From positions 9,358-73,357 of IMG/VR virus record IMGVR_UViG_3300045141_000130: 64,000 nt of DNA, one strand, 5' to 3'. The notes under the pieces are model-generated. The model saw only the letters and a program-made list of their open reading frames with translations. It ran no database searches and had not been told where the DNA came from. This document shows, in pieces, positions 1-10,447 of the stretch. Both the position numbers and the translations under genes were made by a program. The stretch's first letter is position 1; each line of letters begins with the position of its first letter. The stretch comes from a virus.

Positions 1-1658
1 GAATGCTTCGGAGTGGTCAGGCTCCACGGGGTCTTACGAGACTCGGCGACCCGGTGCCTCCCACCGCCGTAGACGGTCCTCTCGGCCGTACTGCGGGGGG
101 TGCGGTGCCGACCGATGTAGGTGTCGTCGGCCTTGGCGAGGTGCTTCGGCCCGACCGGTCCCCACGAATGTTCCGACTTCCGCTCGATCTGACGCCACTT
201 GTTGGTCTCAGTGGAGGCCTGATGCCTTGCACCGCCAGGGTTGACCGCCATCAGGCGATGCCTTCCAGGCGGCTTCGGCAGGGCCCTCGGACCGGCAGTG
301 GGGATGGGCCCCTTACCCAGGAACCGGAGCACCGGCATGTCGGCCTTGGTGAGCAGCATCGCAGGTATGCCGTGCAGCCCGGGTGGCATGCCCGCGTCCA
401 TGCTGCCGAGGTAGTCGTTGACGCCAGCGATCTTGTCGGCGTGCAGGTGCAGCAGGCCGCGCACCTTGTTGGCCCGCCTCACGCCGGGGTCGGAGGAATG
501 CCTCGGACCGTAGGCGATCCGGTGCAGGATCGGCTTGGCAGCCGCCTCGCCCGGCGCACTGTGCGCGCCCTTGGCGACGCTGTTGGCGATGCGGGCCGCG
601 GAGCCTTTGCTGTGGCCCTTGCGCCGCAGCGCGTGGTAGGTGTCCCAGTCCTTGACCTCCGGCCCCATCTTGGCGACCGTGGTGCGCGTACCGGTGCCGT
701 GAATGGAGAAGCCGGTGCGTTCGCCGGACTTCACCATCGCCCACTGCGCGTCGTCGTTGACGTGGAAGCCCACCCACCAGCCGATCGGCAGGGCGTCGGG
801 CGGCAGGCCCATCTTGGACAGCTTCTCCGGGGTGACGACGAAGGACTCGATCAGGTCGGAGGTGTGCTTCGGGGAGTCGTAGGCCTTCGCTACCCGGGCG
901 TGCATGTCGCCGCCCTTGCGGGACTCCAGCACATAGCGGTAGGCGGCCTTCTCCGTCTCCTCGATGGGGACGATGTCGCCCTGCAGGTCCAGCACCGGCC
1001 TGCCGCCCATCGAGGACACCGACGCCCAACCGAACACCTGACGCTTGTCGGCGTCGACCTTGGAGATGGTGCCGGTCCAGGTGACCGACTTGCCGAACAG
1101 GCGGCCCGGTGCGGTGGGGGTGATGCTCGGCCTGCGCGCCCGCAGGCTCGGCACCCGCGCACCCATCGGGTTGAGCGGCCGCAGCCGGAATGCCTTCGCA
1201 ACGCCCGCGGGCTGCACGCCCGGCTTCGGCTGCTTGTTCAACGCCTGGATCTGGGCCCGGGCACCCAAGGTGTCGCCCAGCAACTCCACGCCGTGTAGGG
1301 CCAGGGCCCCACCGCCCACCACCGCGGCGGCCTTTGCCGGGTTGAGACGAGTCACCCTAGCCACGGCCCGGGTGACCCGCCCCGTCTTACCGGCCACGGC
1401 TTCGCCAGAACGGACCTTGTTCTCTACCGTGGTGGCCTTGATGGCGTGCAACCCGGCCACACCGGCCAGGCCGGTGGACGCCAGGCCCACACCGGCCAGG
1501 ACCTTCTCGCGTCGGGCCTTCTTGGCGTTGACGTCCCCGTCGATGTGCACATCGGGGCTGTCCGACATGAACTTGGCGAGTTCACGCGGGTCGACACCAT
1601 CTCCGTAGATCGCCTTGGCGATCTCGGCGAACACCGGCGACACCGGCATGCGTGGCAT
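1..1658 (-). CDS. XkdF-like putative capsid maturation protease domain protein (3' end runs off the window)
   Basis: Not in the ORF track because it is open at the window edge. ATG at 1658 (alternative 1649). The frame contains GTISKVDADKRQVFGWASV...DLQGDIV...EKAAYRYV..GGDMH..LIESFVVT..GWWVGFHV..W.MVKSGERTGFSIHG, typical of XkdF-family proteases. It lies downstream of the portal and head genes. Confidence 0.8.
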   Translation of the reverse strand, partial: MPRMPVSPVFAEIAKAIYGDGVDPRELAKFMSDSPDVHIDGDVNAKKARREKVLAGVGLASTGLAGVAGLHAIKATTVENKVRSGEAVAGKTGRVTRAVARVTRLNPAKAAAVVGGGALALHGVELLGDTLGARAQIQALNKQPKPGVQPAGVAKAFRLRPLNPMGARVPSLRARRPSITPTAPGRLFGKSVTWTGTISKVDADKRQVFGWASVSSMGGRPVLDLQGDIVPIEETEKAAYRYVLESRKGGDMHARVAKAYDSPKHTSDLIESFVVTPEKLSKMGLPPDALPIGWWVGFHVNDDAQWAMVKSGERTGFSIHGTGTRTTVAKMGPEVKDWDTYHALRRKGHSKGSAARIANSVAKGAHSAPGEAAAKPILHRIAYGPRHSSDPGVRRANKVRGLLHLHADKIAGVNDYLGSMDAGMPPGLHGIPAMLLTKADMPVLRFLGKGPIPTAGPRALPKPPGRHRLMAVNPGGARHQASTETNKWRQIERKSEHSWGPVGPKHLAKADDTYIGRHRTPRSTAERTVYGGGRHRVAESRKTPWSLTTPKH

Positions 1659-1680
1659 ACCCCCAGTCTCGGAAGGCCCG

Positions 1681-3465
1681 CTAGACGCGGGGGTCGGGTC
1701 GCACCTTGACCTCACGGAGCCCGATGATCCCCGGAGGGGCCTGCGAACCGAGTTCGCCCAGCGCCGATCGGTAGCGCACCCAAGCGGTCTGGTACCTGCC
1801 GGTGAGGTCGTGCTTGCGGTTGACGTCGCGGGGGGTGAAACCGCCTGCGAAGCTGATGAAGCTGGGTATCTGGGCGTCGAGCAGCGCCTTGTAGCCGGGC
1901 CGCATGTCCCGCCACTCCCGCACGTTGTCGATGATGTCCCCGGCCTGTGCGACCACCTGCTGACGCTTCCCCTCCTGCGACATGGGCAGGTCGTCGACGT
2001 CTCTCATCATCTGGCGACCGAGTTCGACAAACACCTGCGGCTTGTGCCAGACCGCGTAGTCGCACATGGCCTCGATCGCGCTGCCGTCGTACTTCTCCGG
2101 GTGGTGCTCATAGTTGGCGGTGTTCTCGGTGATCTCTTTCTTGATCGTGTCGAGGGACGCCTTGTCGGAGAATCCGGCCCACTCCCCGAAGGTGTGGATC
2201 TCGGCGGGCGTCATCTGCTGCAGCACCTGTGCGGTATGCGCCAACGCGGTCGACCACAGCGAATGCATGACGTCGGAGATGTCCTCCCAGCCCTTCGGGT
2301 CGACGTAGGGCCGCGACTCCACGTCCACCCCCCACGGGTCGGGCGCCCGATGCGTGCCGATCTGCGCACCCTGGGCGTTGCGACCTTGGGCCAGGTGCAG
2401 GCCGATCTCACTGAAGTCGATGGGCTCCCCGTAGGCGTCCCCGGCGTTGGCGAACTCGCCACCCTTTCCGGTGAAGTAGCCCCCCAGGCTGGCCACCGGG
2501 ACGTAGTGCTTGTCCAGGTGCCGTTCCCTCGGGTCCTCCTTCAGGTCCTCCGGCTCCACATCGCCGGGCTGCTTGCGCATGAAGTAGACGTAGTTCTGCT
2601 GCTTCGGCTTGGCCTCGGCGAACAGGTCCTCCCCGGCAGCAGAGAAGTCGGCCTGCTTCTGCGACGGCCCGGCAGCGGCGAACGGGTCGGTCTTGGTCCT
2701 GGCCGCGGCGAACGGATCACCCCTGGCGGCAGCGAACGAGTCCCTCCGGGCGGCGGCGGCGAACGGGCCCGCGCCTGCGGCGGCGAACGGGTTGGCCCTG
2801 GCCGCGGTGAACGGATCGACCTGCGGCCTCTCCTCGGCGATCTGGATCCCGGCCAGCGGATCCTTCTCCTTCACCCTCTCCTTCACCGGCTTCCCGACCG
2901 GACCGCGGGTCCACTTGCCATCACTGTCGCGGCGCTCCTGTGGGTCATAGGCCTTGGCGACGGCATCTCGGGCGCCGTCCCAGGCCTTGATCTCGGTGCG
3001 CGCCAACGTTTCTGCGTACGCGAGTGTGGTACGCACAGCGGTGCGGGCGAGGGAGTCGGGAGCCGCGCCCGCACCACTGGCGTTCGGGGTCGGCATGGCC
3101 CCGCCTAACAGGCCGCGCAGCCTGCGGGCGTCCAGGCCGTACCCGGCCAGGACCCGCTGCCATGCAACCTCGGGATTCCAGCCACGATCGAGGAGGACGT
3201 CCATGCCGACGGCCAGACCTTTCGCCGCTGAGTCGGACAGCAGGTTGGCCAGCTGGTCGGCGTACTCCTCGGCTGCGAATCCGGCCAGATGTGCCGATGC
3301 ACCTTCGACCAGCTTCAGCCAGTGGGGCAGACACCGGTTGAACGTCGTCTTGGCCTGCGCCTCGATGCGACCCACCTCGGGCCGCTGCTCCTGCAGGTGC
3401 TGACGCACGACCTGCCACATCGCCAGGATCGACGCGGCCAGGTCGTCGTCAACGGCGGTCGTCAC
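1681..3465 (-). CDS. Head-region protein of unknown function (minor head protein candidate)
   Basis: 594-aa ORF overlapping the upstream stop. YDPQERRDSDGKWT motif as seen in phage head-associated proteins, plus internal DPFAAA repeats. Confidence 0.6.
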   Translation of the reverse strand: MTTAVDDDLAASILAMWQVVRQHLQEQRPEVGRIEAQAKTTFNRCLPHWLKLVEGASAHLAGFAAEEYADQLANLLSDSAAKGLAVGMDVLLDRGWNPEVAWQRVLAGYGLDARRLRGLLGGAMPTPNASGAGAAPDSLARTAVRTTLAYAETLARTEIKAWDGARDAVAKAYDPQERRDSDGKWTRGPVGKPVKERVKEKDPLAGIQIAEERPQVDPFTAARANPFAAAGAGPFAAAARRDSFAAARGDPFAAARTKTDPFAAAGPSQKQADFSAAGEDLFAEAKPKQQNYVYFMRKQPGDVEPEDLKEDPRERHLDKHYVPVASLGGYFTGKGGEFANAGDAYGEPIDFSEIGLHLAQGRNAQGAQIGTHRAPDPWGVDVESRPYVDPKGWEDISDVMHSLWSTALAHTAQVLQQMTPAEIHTFGEWAGFSDKASLDTIKKEITENTANYEHHPEKYDGSAIEAMCDYAVWHKPQVFVELGRQMMRDVDDLPMSQEGKRQQVVAQAGDIIDNVREWRDMRPGYKALLDAQIPSFISFAGGFTPRDVNRKHDLTGRYQTAWVRYRSALGELGSQAPPGIIGLREVKVRPDPRV

Positions 3466-6400
3466 GGACCAATCCGCCTGCGCGATGGGTTCGCGTCATC
3501 GTCCGCGTCGACGACGTTCTGGCGGTACATCTGCCCGGCCTGCTGGAGGTACGGGGCCAGCGCATCAGGGTCGTTCGGGTCGATCTTGTCCTGGACGACG
3601 ACCGTGACGTTGGGCTGGGGCAGACGCTGGGTGGGCGCAGGTGCTGGTGCGGCACGCTTGGCACGGTCGTGCAGCCGGTTCAGCTGGGTGCCGCGCATGA
3701 ACCCTTCGGCGGTTTCGAGGACCATCTTCTCGTCGTCCGGTCCGACGTTCCCGCTGCGATAGTCCTGCAGGTACTTCCCGTGCATGGTCCGGAGCGACTT
3801 CTCCGCGGTGCCGCGCTGGGTGACGAAGTTGGGATCGTCGACCTCCTTGGGTAGCCATCCGGCGCCGATGAGTGGGGCAATCACCGGATCGGTGCGATAG
3901 ACGTTCGCAATGTGTTCCGGGGTGGGCTGCTGTGCGGCGTCGTAGGCGATGGGGTCGGCACCGGGGAAGTTGTGGTCCTCGTGCAGTTCCATCATTCGCA
4001 GAGGTAGGGCCTTCGGGAGTTCCTTCGCTGCCGCACCCCTGCCACCGCCGAGATACTCCTGCTTGATCCCCGGATCGACGGCGACCGGGGGGTTCGGTCC
4101 GGTCGCCAGGGCGAGGACGTGATCCATCAGGGCGCGGGTCGCCGGTGCCGTCGCCGGGTTGGCGAGGTTTGCGGCATGGGTCTCCTTCGGGGTCTCGAAG
4201 AAGGTCTTGAAGCCCGCATAGTGCCCCCCGACAGGGAAGTACTGGTCGGCAATCGCGGCTCGGATGGGGGTGTTGCTCACCTGGATGGCGGCCTGGTTGT
4301 CGGCAGTAACCACCGCACCGTCTGCGAAGTTCTCCTGGTCCCGCAGGTGGTCCAGCATGTTCATGTCGGCGGCGTAGCGGGCCTGTTCCGCGGCCCGCTG
4401 AGCGGTAGGCGATGCAGCACGAGCACCGCCAGCGGCGGGCGCAGCAGCGCCAGCACCAGCACCAGCAGCAGCAGCGCCACCGGCCACCGGACGTGCGACA
4501 GCATGCTTGGGGGCTTTCGCGCCGCCGTGCACCCGGCGGTTCTGGTAGCGGATCGTCTGCGCCGACACCTTGCCGCTGTGCGTGTCGCCGACCTCGCCGA
4601 ACACGTCCATGGAGAAGTACCCGGCCTCGGCCTTCTCCGGCCGGTTGTGTCGGGGCTGCACGTAGCCGGTGTCGGGGGTGTTCTTGTGCGACTTGGCCGA
4701 AGGTTCCAAGCCGAACGCATCGGCCCACGGCTGGAACTTCACGCTGGCGATGTAGTAGGGGAACTGCTCCTGCAGGGCGTGCAGGGCGTCGTCGTATCCG
4801 CTGCCGTTCAGCGCCAGCGGGTGCACGCGCTGGATGTTCGCCTGCCGTGCCTTGTCCAGGGCGAGGTCCAGGCCCTTCAGGTTGCGCTCGCTGTTGGGCA
4901 GTTCCGCGACGATGTTGCGGATGCTGGCCTCGTCGTCACCTGGAACGATCAACCGCTCGGCCGCCAGGGCCTTGTAATGCTCCGGGCCGCCCTGTATCCG
5001 CTGGCCGCCCATCGTGTCGTTGAGGGCGAGCTTGGCCGCCATGGACGTGGCGGCACGGCTCGTCAGTTCCTCGGGTGTCGACCAGCCCTTGTTGCCGTCG
5101 TCGTAGCGCATGCCCAGCTGGTCCATCCATTCCCGGGCCGTCTCCCCCCTCTCCTCCCTGGACAGGATGGGATCCACCCGCTCGCCCTGCACCCGGCGCC
5201 TGACCTCGTCCTTGAACTCCTCGGAGTCCGGCGGCATCCGGGTCTCCCGGCCCACCTGGTCCCTGATCTCGGCGCGACGGGAGCCGGAGATGTCACCGCG
5301 GCCCACCTTGCCGCTGCGCAGCGCATCCAGCAGCTGGCCGTAGCGGCCCACCATCCGGGCAGCCTTGTCGTTGAACCGGCGGCCGCCGCGCAGGTTGCGG
5401 TCGAACTCGACGTTGTAGACGCCGTTGTGGCTGACCACCGTCAACTTGCGGGCACCGGAGATCAGACCGGTGTACAGGTCCTCGGTGGTGGGGCCGCCGA
5501 AGGTGCGGGTGCGGATGTAGTCGCCGCCCTTCAGCGACGCCAGGTGCTTGAGGTTGAACGGCAGGTACCAGTCATCGGCGTAGCCGACCGACTGGTGCTG
5601 CAGTGCACCCTCACGGGTGATGACGACACCCTCGCTGGGCGGGATCACCCCGGAGCGGCGCTGCAGTTCGTTCAGGTCCGGGTTGGGGAGGTGCTCGCGG
5701 AAGTAGTTCAGCACCTGACCGGGATCCCAGCCGATCTCCCGCTTCTCCGGGTCGGTGCCCCGGATGTGCCCACCCTCGGTGCGGGTGATGGTGGCGCCCC
5801 GGATCATGCTGCCCTCGGTGGCGGTCCGTCGGACGCCGTTGTGGCTCTGATCCCTGGAGGTGCGCTTGACCGCACCGAAGGCGTCCAGCAGGGCCCTGTC
5901 CGGGGTTCTCTCCGTGCCCCGGTAGCGGTAGGCGGTGCGGTCGGCGATGGGGCCGATCACCTTCTGCGCCTCCGGGCCGAACTGCCCGACGTGGTTGGCG
6001 ACCTCCAGGGCGTACTGCAGCTTCAGCGGGGCGTTCGGACCCAGGCCTTCCTGCAGCAGCTTGGTGCCGTGCTGCAGATGTCCGAAGGCCCGACTCGTCG
6101 CCGAATAGGGCTCGTTGCTGCCCGGCGCGTATTCCGCACCTTCTTCCGCGGCGAAGGTGTGGAACGCCTGGCCGGGCTTGCTGGCGGTGACGCCAGCGAG
6201 CCCCCGGGCGTTGTAGGCGGCCCCAGGTTGCGATGCGCCGATGCCCTGCAAGCCCATCATCATCGCGGAGGCCGGGGTGACGCTCGGCTGGACCGTGACG
6301 CCTGCCCCGACGACCCGCGAGTTCGCCTTCAGCTGGTCGTGGAAGGCCCCCATCTTGCCGTCCTTGTCGACATGGACGACGTGCTCGACCTGGGTCCCGT

Positions 6401-7016
6401 CCCCGTGCTCGATGTTCAGGTGGAGCATCGGGTTCATGCCCGCGCCCGAGTAGGGATGCAGCATGTCCCGGACCTGTTGGTATGCCTGCTGGTAGTGGGA
6501 CAGGTCCTTACCCTGCAGGTTGGCCTTCGGGACGCCGTACGCGGCCTTCATGGCGTCCTGGTCCTTGGCGGGCATTCCCTCGTGGGTGACGATCTCCTTC
6601 GGTCCCTCCGGGGCGAAACGGCCCTGGATGCGCCTACGGCTGGAGGCGTTCTCCTGCGAGTACTTGGACCGCTGTCCGAACGACCAGTCGAACGCCTTGC
6701 CGATCTCCACCAGGCAGGCGATCTCGTGGGTGTTGTCCTCCCCGCGGCGCTGCTTGGCCACGGCCTGGCGGCTGTAGTACCGGCGCAGCCGATCCGCCCG
6801 GTCGGCCGCACCAGCCTCGGCGGCCTTGGCGAGTTCCACGTAGTTGTGCCAGTAGTCGAAGTTGTTGCAGGCGGCCAGGACGATGTTGCCGAACAGCTGT
6901 GACTCGCCCTCGTCCATCGCGGCCATCGCCTTATAGATGACCTCGGCGGCCTGCCGGTTGAACCCCCGGGGCTGCCCGCCCCACGGGTCGTGGCGAACCA
7001 GGGTGGCGCGTGTCAT
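3462..7016 (-). CDS. Large (1184 aa) head-region protein, possible MuF-like or ejected protein
   Basis: Long ORF coupled to the portal stop (ATGA overlap). It has an Ala-rich linker and a degenerate JAB/MPN-like segment. Confidence 0.55.
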   Translation of the reverse strand: MTRATLVRHDPWGGQPRGFNRQAAEVIYKAMAAMDEGESQLFGNIVLAACNNFDYWHNYVELAKAAEAGAADRADRLRRYYSRQAVAKQRRGEDNTHEIACLVEIGKAFDWSFGQRSKYSQENASSRRRIQGRFAPEGPKEIVTHEGMPAKDQDAMKAAYGVPKANLQGKDLSHYQQAYQQVRDMLHPYSGAGMNPMLHLNIEHGDGTQVEHVVHVDKDGKMGAFHDQLKANSRVVGAGVTVQPSVTPASAMMMGLQGIGASQPGAAYNARGLAGVTASKPGQAFHTFAAEEGAEYAPGSNEPYSATSRAFGHLQHGTKLLQEGLGPNAPLKLQYALEVANHVGQFGPEAQKVIGPIADRTAYRYRGTERTPDRALLDAFGAVKRTSRDQSHNGVRRTATEGSMIRGATITRTEGGHIRGTDPEKREIGWDPGQVLNYFREHLPNPDLNELQRRSGVIPPSEGVVITREGALQHQSVGYADDWYLPFNLKHLASLKGGDYIRTRTFGGPTTEDLYTGLISGARKLTVVSHNGVYNVEFDRNLRGGRRFNDKAARMVGRYGQLLDALRSGKVGRGDISGSRRAEIRDQVGRETRMPPDSEEFKDEVRRRVQGERVDPILSREERGETAREWMDQLGMRYDDGNKGWSTPEELTSRAATSMAAKLALNDTMGGQRIQGGPEHYKALAAERLIVPGDDEASIRNIVAELPNSERNLKGLDLALDKARQANIQRVHPLALNGSGYDDALHALQEQFPYYIASVKFQPWADAFGLEPSAKSHKNTPDTGYVQPRHNRPEKAEAGYFSMDVFGEVGDTHSGKVSAQTIRYQNRRVHGGAKAPKHAVARPVAGGAAAAGAGAGAAAPAAGGARAASPTAQRAAEQARYAADMNMLDHLRDQENFADGAVVTADNQAAIQVSNTPIRAAIADQYFPVGGHYAGFKTFFETPKETHAANLANPATAPATRALMDHVLALATGPNPPVAVDPGIKQEYLGGGRGAAAKELPKALPLRMMELHEDHNFPGADPIAYDAAQQPTPEHIANVYRTDPVIAPLIGAGWLPKEVDDPNFVTQRGTAEKSLRTMHGKYLQDYRSGNVGPDDEKMVLETAEGFMRGTQLNRLHDRAKRAAPAPAPTQRLPQPNVTVVVQDKIDPNDPDALAPYLQQAGQMYRQNVVDADDDANPSRRRIGP

Positions 7017-8596
7017 GACTTCCCCTTCTTCGCCGGGGCCTTGCCGTTGGTCGCAGCGGTCTTCTTCGCTTCGGCCTTCTTCGCGTCGGCGGCATCCTGG
7101 CGACCAGCGACGAACTGGGCGCCCTTCAGGTCCTGGTCCTGTGCCGTCCCAGCGATCTGCTGCTCGCCCTGCGCGGCCTGCTGCTCCATTTGCAGGCCCT
7201 GCATCTTCATCTGCGCCAGTTGCATGACGGCCTGGTCGCGGGCCGCCTGGTCGTGCGCCGCGGTGATGTCCGGCCCCTGTTGCGGCAGCCGGGCCGCGTC
7301 GCGGATGAACTTCTCCAGTTCGCCGTCGGGGAACCAGGTCATGCCCGCCGAGGCGGTGGACATGATGAACTGCGCCAGCTGCGTCAGGTCCGGCGGGTCG
7401 ACGTCACTGGGCACCAGCTTGGGCAGCTTCTCCGGCTGGATGCCGTTGAGCTTGAGCAGCTGCGGGATCGCCTTGCGGTTGATCGGGTCGGCGATGGCCT
7501 TGGCGATGCCGTTCACACCGGTGCGGAAGATCCCCGACTTGTCGGTGTGCAGGGCGTAGGAGCCGCCGTTGTTCTCGTGCCCGGTCATGATGAAGTCGGC
7601 CATGACCGACATCAGCATCCGGGTCTCGTAGCGCTCGATGATGCCGTCGATGTTGAACTGGCGGGACCCGCCGGAGGCCAGCAGCTTGAAGTCGTACTGC
7701 AGGTTGCGGTCGTCGTCGTAGGACAGCGGCCACACCAGTCCGTCCTGCTCGTTGCGACGAACCGCCGTCACGGCCTGCTTCACGGCCTGCAGCATCTTGG
7801 CCTCGTCGCTGCCGGGCCGCGGGTTCAGCACGTTGGGCGGCACGTAGGCGACCGGCAGACCGGCCAGGTCGCGCTCGGCGCCGATGGCCTCGATCTCCTC
7901 CAGGCGCTTGATCATGAACCAGGGCCGGTAGGCGGTGCGGAGCAGCGACTTGCCCTCGGGCGAGCCCTTGTTGACCTGCGGTCGGAACAGCAGGCACCGC
8001 TTCATCGGCAACGTGATGCGCTGGTAGCGGGGTGCGGGCATCTGCACCATGGCCAGCACTTCGCCGGTTTCGCTGAACACCCAGCGCAGCATCGAATCCT
8101 GGGTGCGTGGGGAGAACTTGCGCCACCCCATGCGCCCGTCGGCGTGCTTGGAACGGTTCATCGGGTTCGGCGCCCACATCCCCATGCGGCGCTTGTAGAC
8201 GATCTCGTTCAGGGACCAGCCGTAGGTGAGGCAGGTGCAGGCCTCGGAGACGACGTCGGCGAACCCGACGTCCAGGTCGTCCAGGCATTCCTCGACGAAC
8301 TCGGCGATGGCCTTGTCGTTCGGGTCATCACTGGCCGGTTCGACCCGCCACTCGATCTGGCGCAGCAGTTGGGTGACCGTGTACAGCCAGGCCCCCAGCA
8401 CTGGACTGTTCTCGGACATCTCCCGGTAGACCTTGATGGCCTGCCGTCCGCGCAGCTGCGGCAGGAACTCATCCTGGACATATCCACCGGAGCGCTTCAG
8501 CCCGGTACGGCCGACCTCCAGCTGCGGCGGGAAGTTCTTGATCTCGTCGCCGAGGTCGGCATCAAGGATCTGATCGCCCGCAAAAGGTCGGGTCAC
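7013..8596 (-). CDS. Portal protein (DUF935/Mu gp29-like)
   Basis: 527 aa, directly after the terminase. Motifs EFLPQLRG, YGWSLNEIVY, GSPEGKSLLRTAYRPW, IGAERDLAGLP, GGSYAL. Confidence 0.88.
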   Translation of the reverse strand: MTRPFAGDQILDADLGDEIKNFPPQLEVGRTGLKRSGGYVQDEFLPQLRGRQAIKVYREMSENSPVLGAWLYTVTQLLRQIEWRVEPASDDPNDKAIAEFVEECLDDLDVGFADVVSEACTCLTYGWSLNEIVYKRRMGMWAPNPMNRSKHADGRMGWRKFSPRTQDSMLRWVFSETGEVLAMVQMPAPRYQRITLPMKRCLLFRPQVNKGSPEGKSLLRTAYRPWFMIKRLEEIEAIGAERDLAGLPVAYVPPNVLNPRPGSDEAKMLQAVKQAVTAVRRNEQDGLVWPLSYDDDRNLQYDFKLLASGGSRQFNIDGIIERYETRMLMSVMADFIMTGHENNGGSYALHTDKSGIFRTGVNGIAKAIADPINRKAIPQLLKLNGIQPEKLPKLVPSDVDPPDLTQLAQFIMSTASAGMTWFPDGELEKFIRDAARLPQQGPDITAAHDQAARDQAVMQLAQMKMQGLQMEQQAAQGEQQIAGTAQDQDLKGAQFVAGRQDAADAKKAEAKKTAATNGKAPAKKGKS

Positions 8597-8644
8597 TTCG
8601 GAAGCCTCCTCATGGCCTGATTGTCACCGGGGGTTCACGACGCA

Positions 8645-10213
8645 CTAGACGACGAGACTCATCGGCTGCAGCGGCTCCGATTCCAGTTCGTGCGCCACGT
8701 CCTTGGTCAGGTCCGGCACCAACTCGCCCTGCTGCTCGCCCTCGATCTCCTTCTGCAGATGCCCCAGCGGGTCGGTGCGCTTCACCGTCACCGGCCCGGC
8801 CTGGCCGGTGAACCGCTTGGCGGCGTACTCGGCCAGTGCGGCGGCGCACACCGTGTCCGGCAGGTGGTAGTCCTCCTTGTTGGAGTACAGGTCGCCGGTA
8901 CGGCAGTACTTGTGCTCGTAGAAGACGGCCGGGATGCGCGGGATACGCCAGGAGCCCTTCTCGATGGCGTTGACGTAGTCGGACAACAGCTTGGCCCGCT
9001 TGTCCCCGGTCATCGGGAACGGCCTGGCCCGGACGTCGAGGTAGTCGTTGACGACGTTGCCGAGGCCGGTCGAGTCGTGCCACACCCCTTTGACGGGCAC
9101 CCGGTAGTACCGGATCGCCTTGTTGAGGAAGCCGATCATCTGCGGATAGGGGCGACGGTTCACCCGGAGGAAGTAGACCAGTTGCCGCTTGTCACCGTCC
9201 ATCCGAGCCACCCAGATGACCGTCTTGTCCTGCTCCTTGGCCCAGTCGGCACCGGCGATGTAGTCGCCCAGTCGCTCCCGCTCGGCGAAGCGGTACTCCT
9301 CGAAGTCTTTGCCGACCTTGTGTTCGATGTAGCCCTTGCCCTGCCCGATCGGGTCCTCCGGCTTGAACTTCAGGCTGAACGCCGCCTCCACCGCGTCGGA
9401 GTCGAAGGCCCGGTTGCCGATGCTGGGCTCGCCGAGGTCGTACTCGATGCGGAACATCTCCGTCGAGACGCTGGCGCGCTTCTCCTCGATGGTGGCCTCG
9501 GTCAGCCAGCCGTCCACCAGGTTGGCACTCTCGCGGTAGCACCACTTGTAGACCGGCTGGTGGGCCTCCTCCGCCCGCCGCAGGATCTCCGTGAAGGTGC
9601 CGTCGCTGTTCTGCCAGGTCGAGGACACGACGGTGAAGGTGTCGACGGTGCGGCCCAGGTAGTTCTTCTGCGGCATCGGCTGGCCCAGCGCCGCGTCGTA
9701 GACCTCCTGCTCCATCTCGTCGGCCTCGTCGCACAGGAGTATCGAAGGGTGCGGCCCCCGGACGTTGCGCTGGGAGGCGGGCAGCGGGCGGATGCGCCCT
9801 GCGTTGGTGAGCTTGATCTTGGTGGCCGTCTGGTCGACGGTCATCGAGTCGGGGATGCCCTCGTACTCCATCGCCCGGGTCATGTACTCGTGCACGTTGG
9901 TGGACTGCGCGAGCGACCCACCGAGGATGGTGATGTCCGCACCGTCGATGTAGGCGAACGTCAGACCCAGCGTCGACATGGTGTAGCTCTTGCCTGCCAG
10001 GCCACGCGAGGCGTGCCACACCGCCCGGCTGATCGGTCCCTCGTAGCCGGGCAGTGTGCAGGTGCGGAAGTAGGCGTCGGCGAAGGCGTCGAACGGGGCG
10101 CAGTGGTCGGGGCACACCCGGGTGCGGGGGATCGTCACCCCGAACAGGACCTTCACCGCCCACCACAGCTGCTCCCGGTCGGTCGGCGGATACGGCAGGA
10201 TGATGCGGCGCAT
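8645..10213 (-). CDS. terL: Terminase large subunit
   Basis: Start trimmed to MRRIILPY (ATG 10213, overlapping the upstream stop). Walker A variant ASRGLAGKS, Walker B LLCDEADEM, and RNase H-like nuclease motifs GADWAKEQD, HDSTGLG, HLPDTVCA. Confidence 0.92.
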   Translation of the reverse strand: MRRIILPYPPTDREQLWWAVKVLFGVTIPRTRVCPDHCAPFDAFADAYFRTCTLPGYEGPISRAVWHASRGLAGKSYTMSTLGLTFAYIDGADITILGGSLAQSTNVHEYMTRAMEYEGIPDSMTVDQTATKIKLTNAGRIRPLPASQRNVRGPHPSILLCDEADEMEQEVYDAALGQPMPQKNYLGRTVDTFTVVSSTWQNSDGTFTEILRRAEEAHQPVYKWCYRESANLVDGWLTEATIEEKRASVSTEMFRIEYDLGEPSIGNRAFDSDAVEAAFSLKFKPEDPIGQGKGYIEHKVGKDFEEYRFAERERLGDYIAGADWAKEQDKTVIWVARMDGDKRQLVYFLRVNRRPYPQMIGFLNKAIRYYRVPVKGVWHDSTGLGNVVNDYLDVRARPFPMTGDKRAKLLSDYVNAIEKGSWRIPRIPAVFYEHKYCRTGDLYSNKEDYHLPDTVCAAALAEYAAKRFTGQAGPVTVKRTDPLGHLQKEIEGEQQGELVPDLTKDVAHELESEPLQPMSLVV

Positions 10214-10407
10214 CAGGCCTCGTCCTCGTCCTTCGCCTTGTCCTCGGTCACCAGCGGGACCGACAGTTTCCCCTCCAGGTGCGCGACCCGTTCGGCCAGC
10301 GTCGACACCCGTGCCCCGGTGTGCAGGACAGCCCGGGCGGTGATGATCCAGCCGATGAGCACCAGCGACACCGAACCGGCCCAGGCGACGATGTCGGGAG
10401 TCGTCAC
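10213..10407 (-). CDS. Small membrane protein (holin-like candidate)
   Basis: GTG after GGGGAGG RBS. One TM helix (IVAWAGSVSLVLIGWII) followed by a coiled coil. Confidence 0.55.
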   Translation of the reverse strand: MTTPDIVAWAGSVSLVLIGWIITARAVLHTGARVSTLAERVAHLEGKLSVPLVTEDKAKDEDEA

Positions 10408-10447
10408 GGCCCACCTCCCCCTTGATCGTCCCCGGGGAGGCACGACG

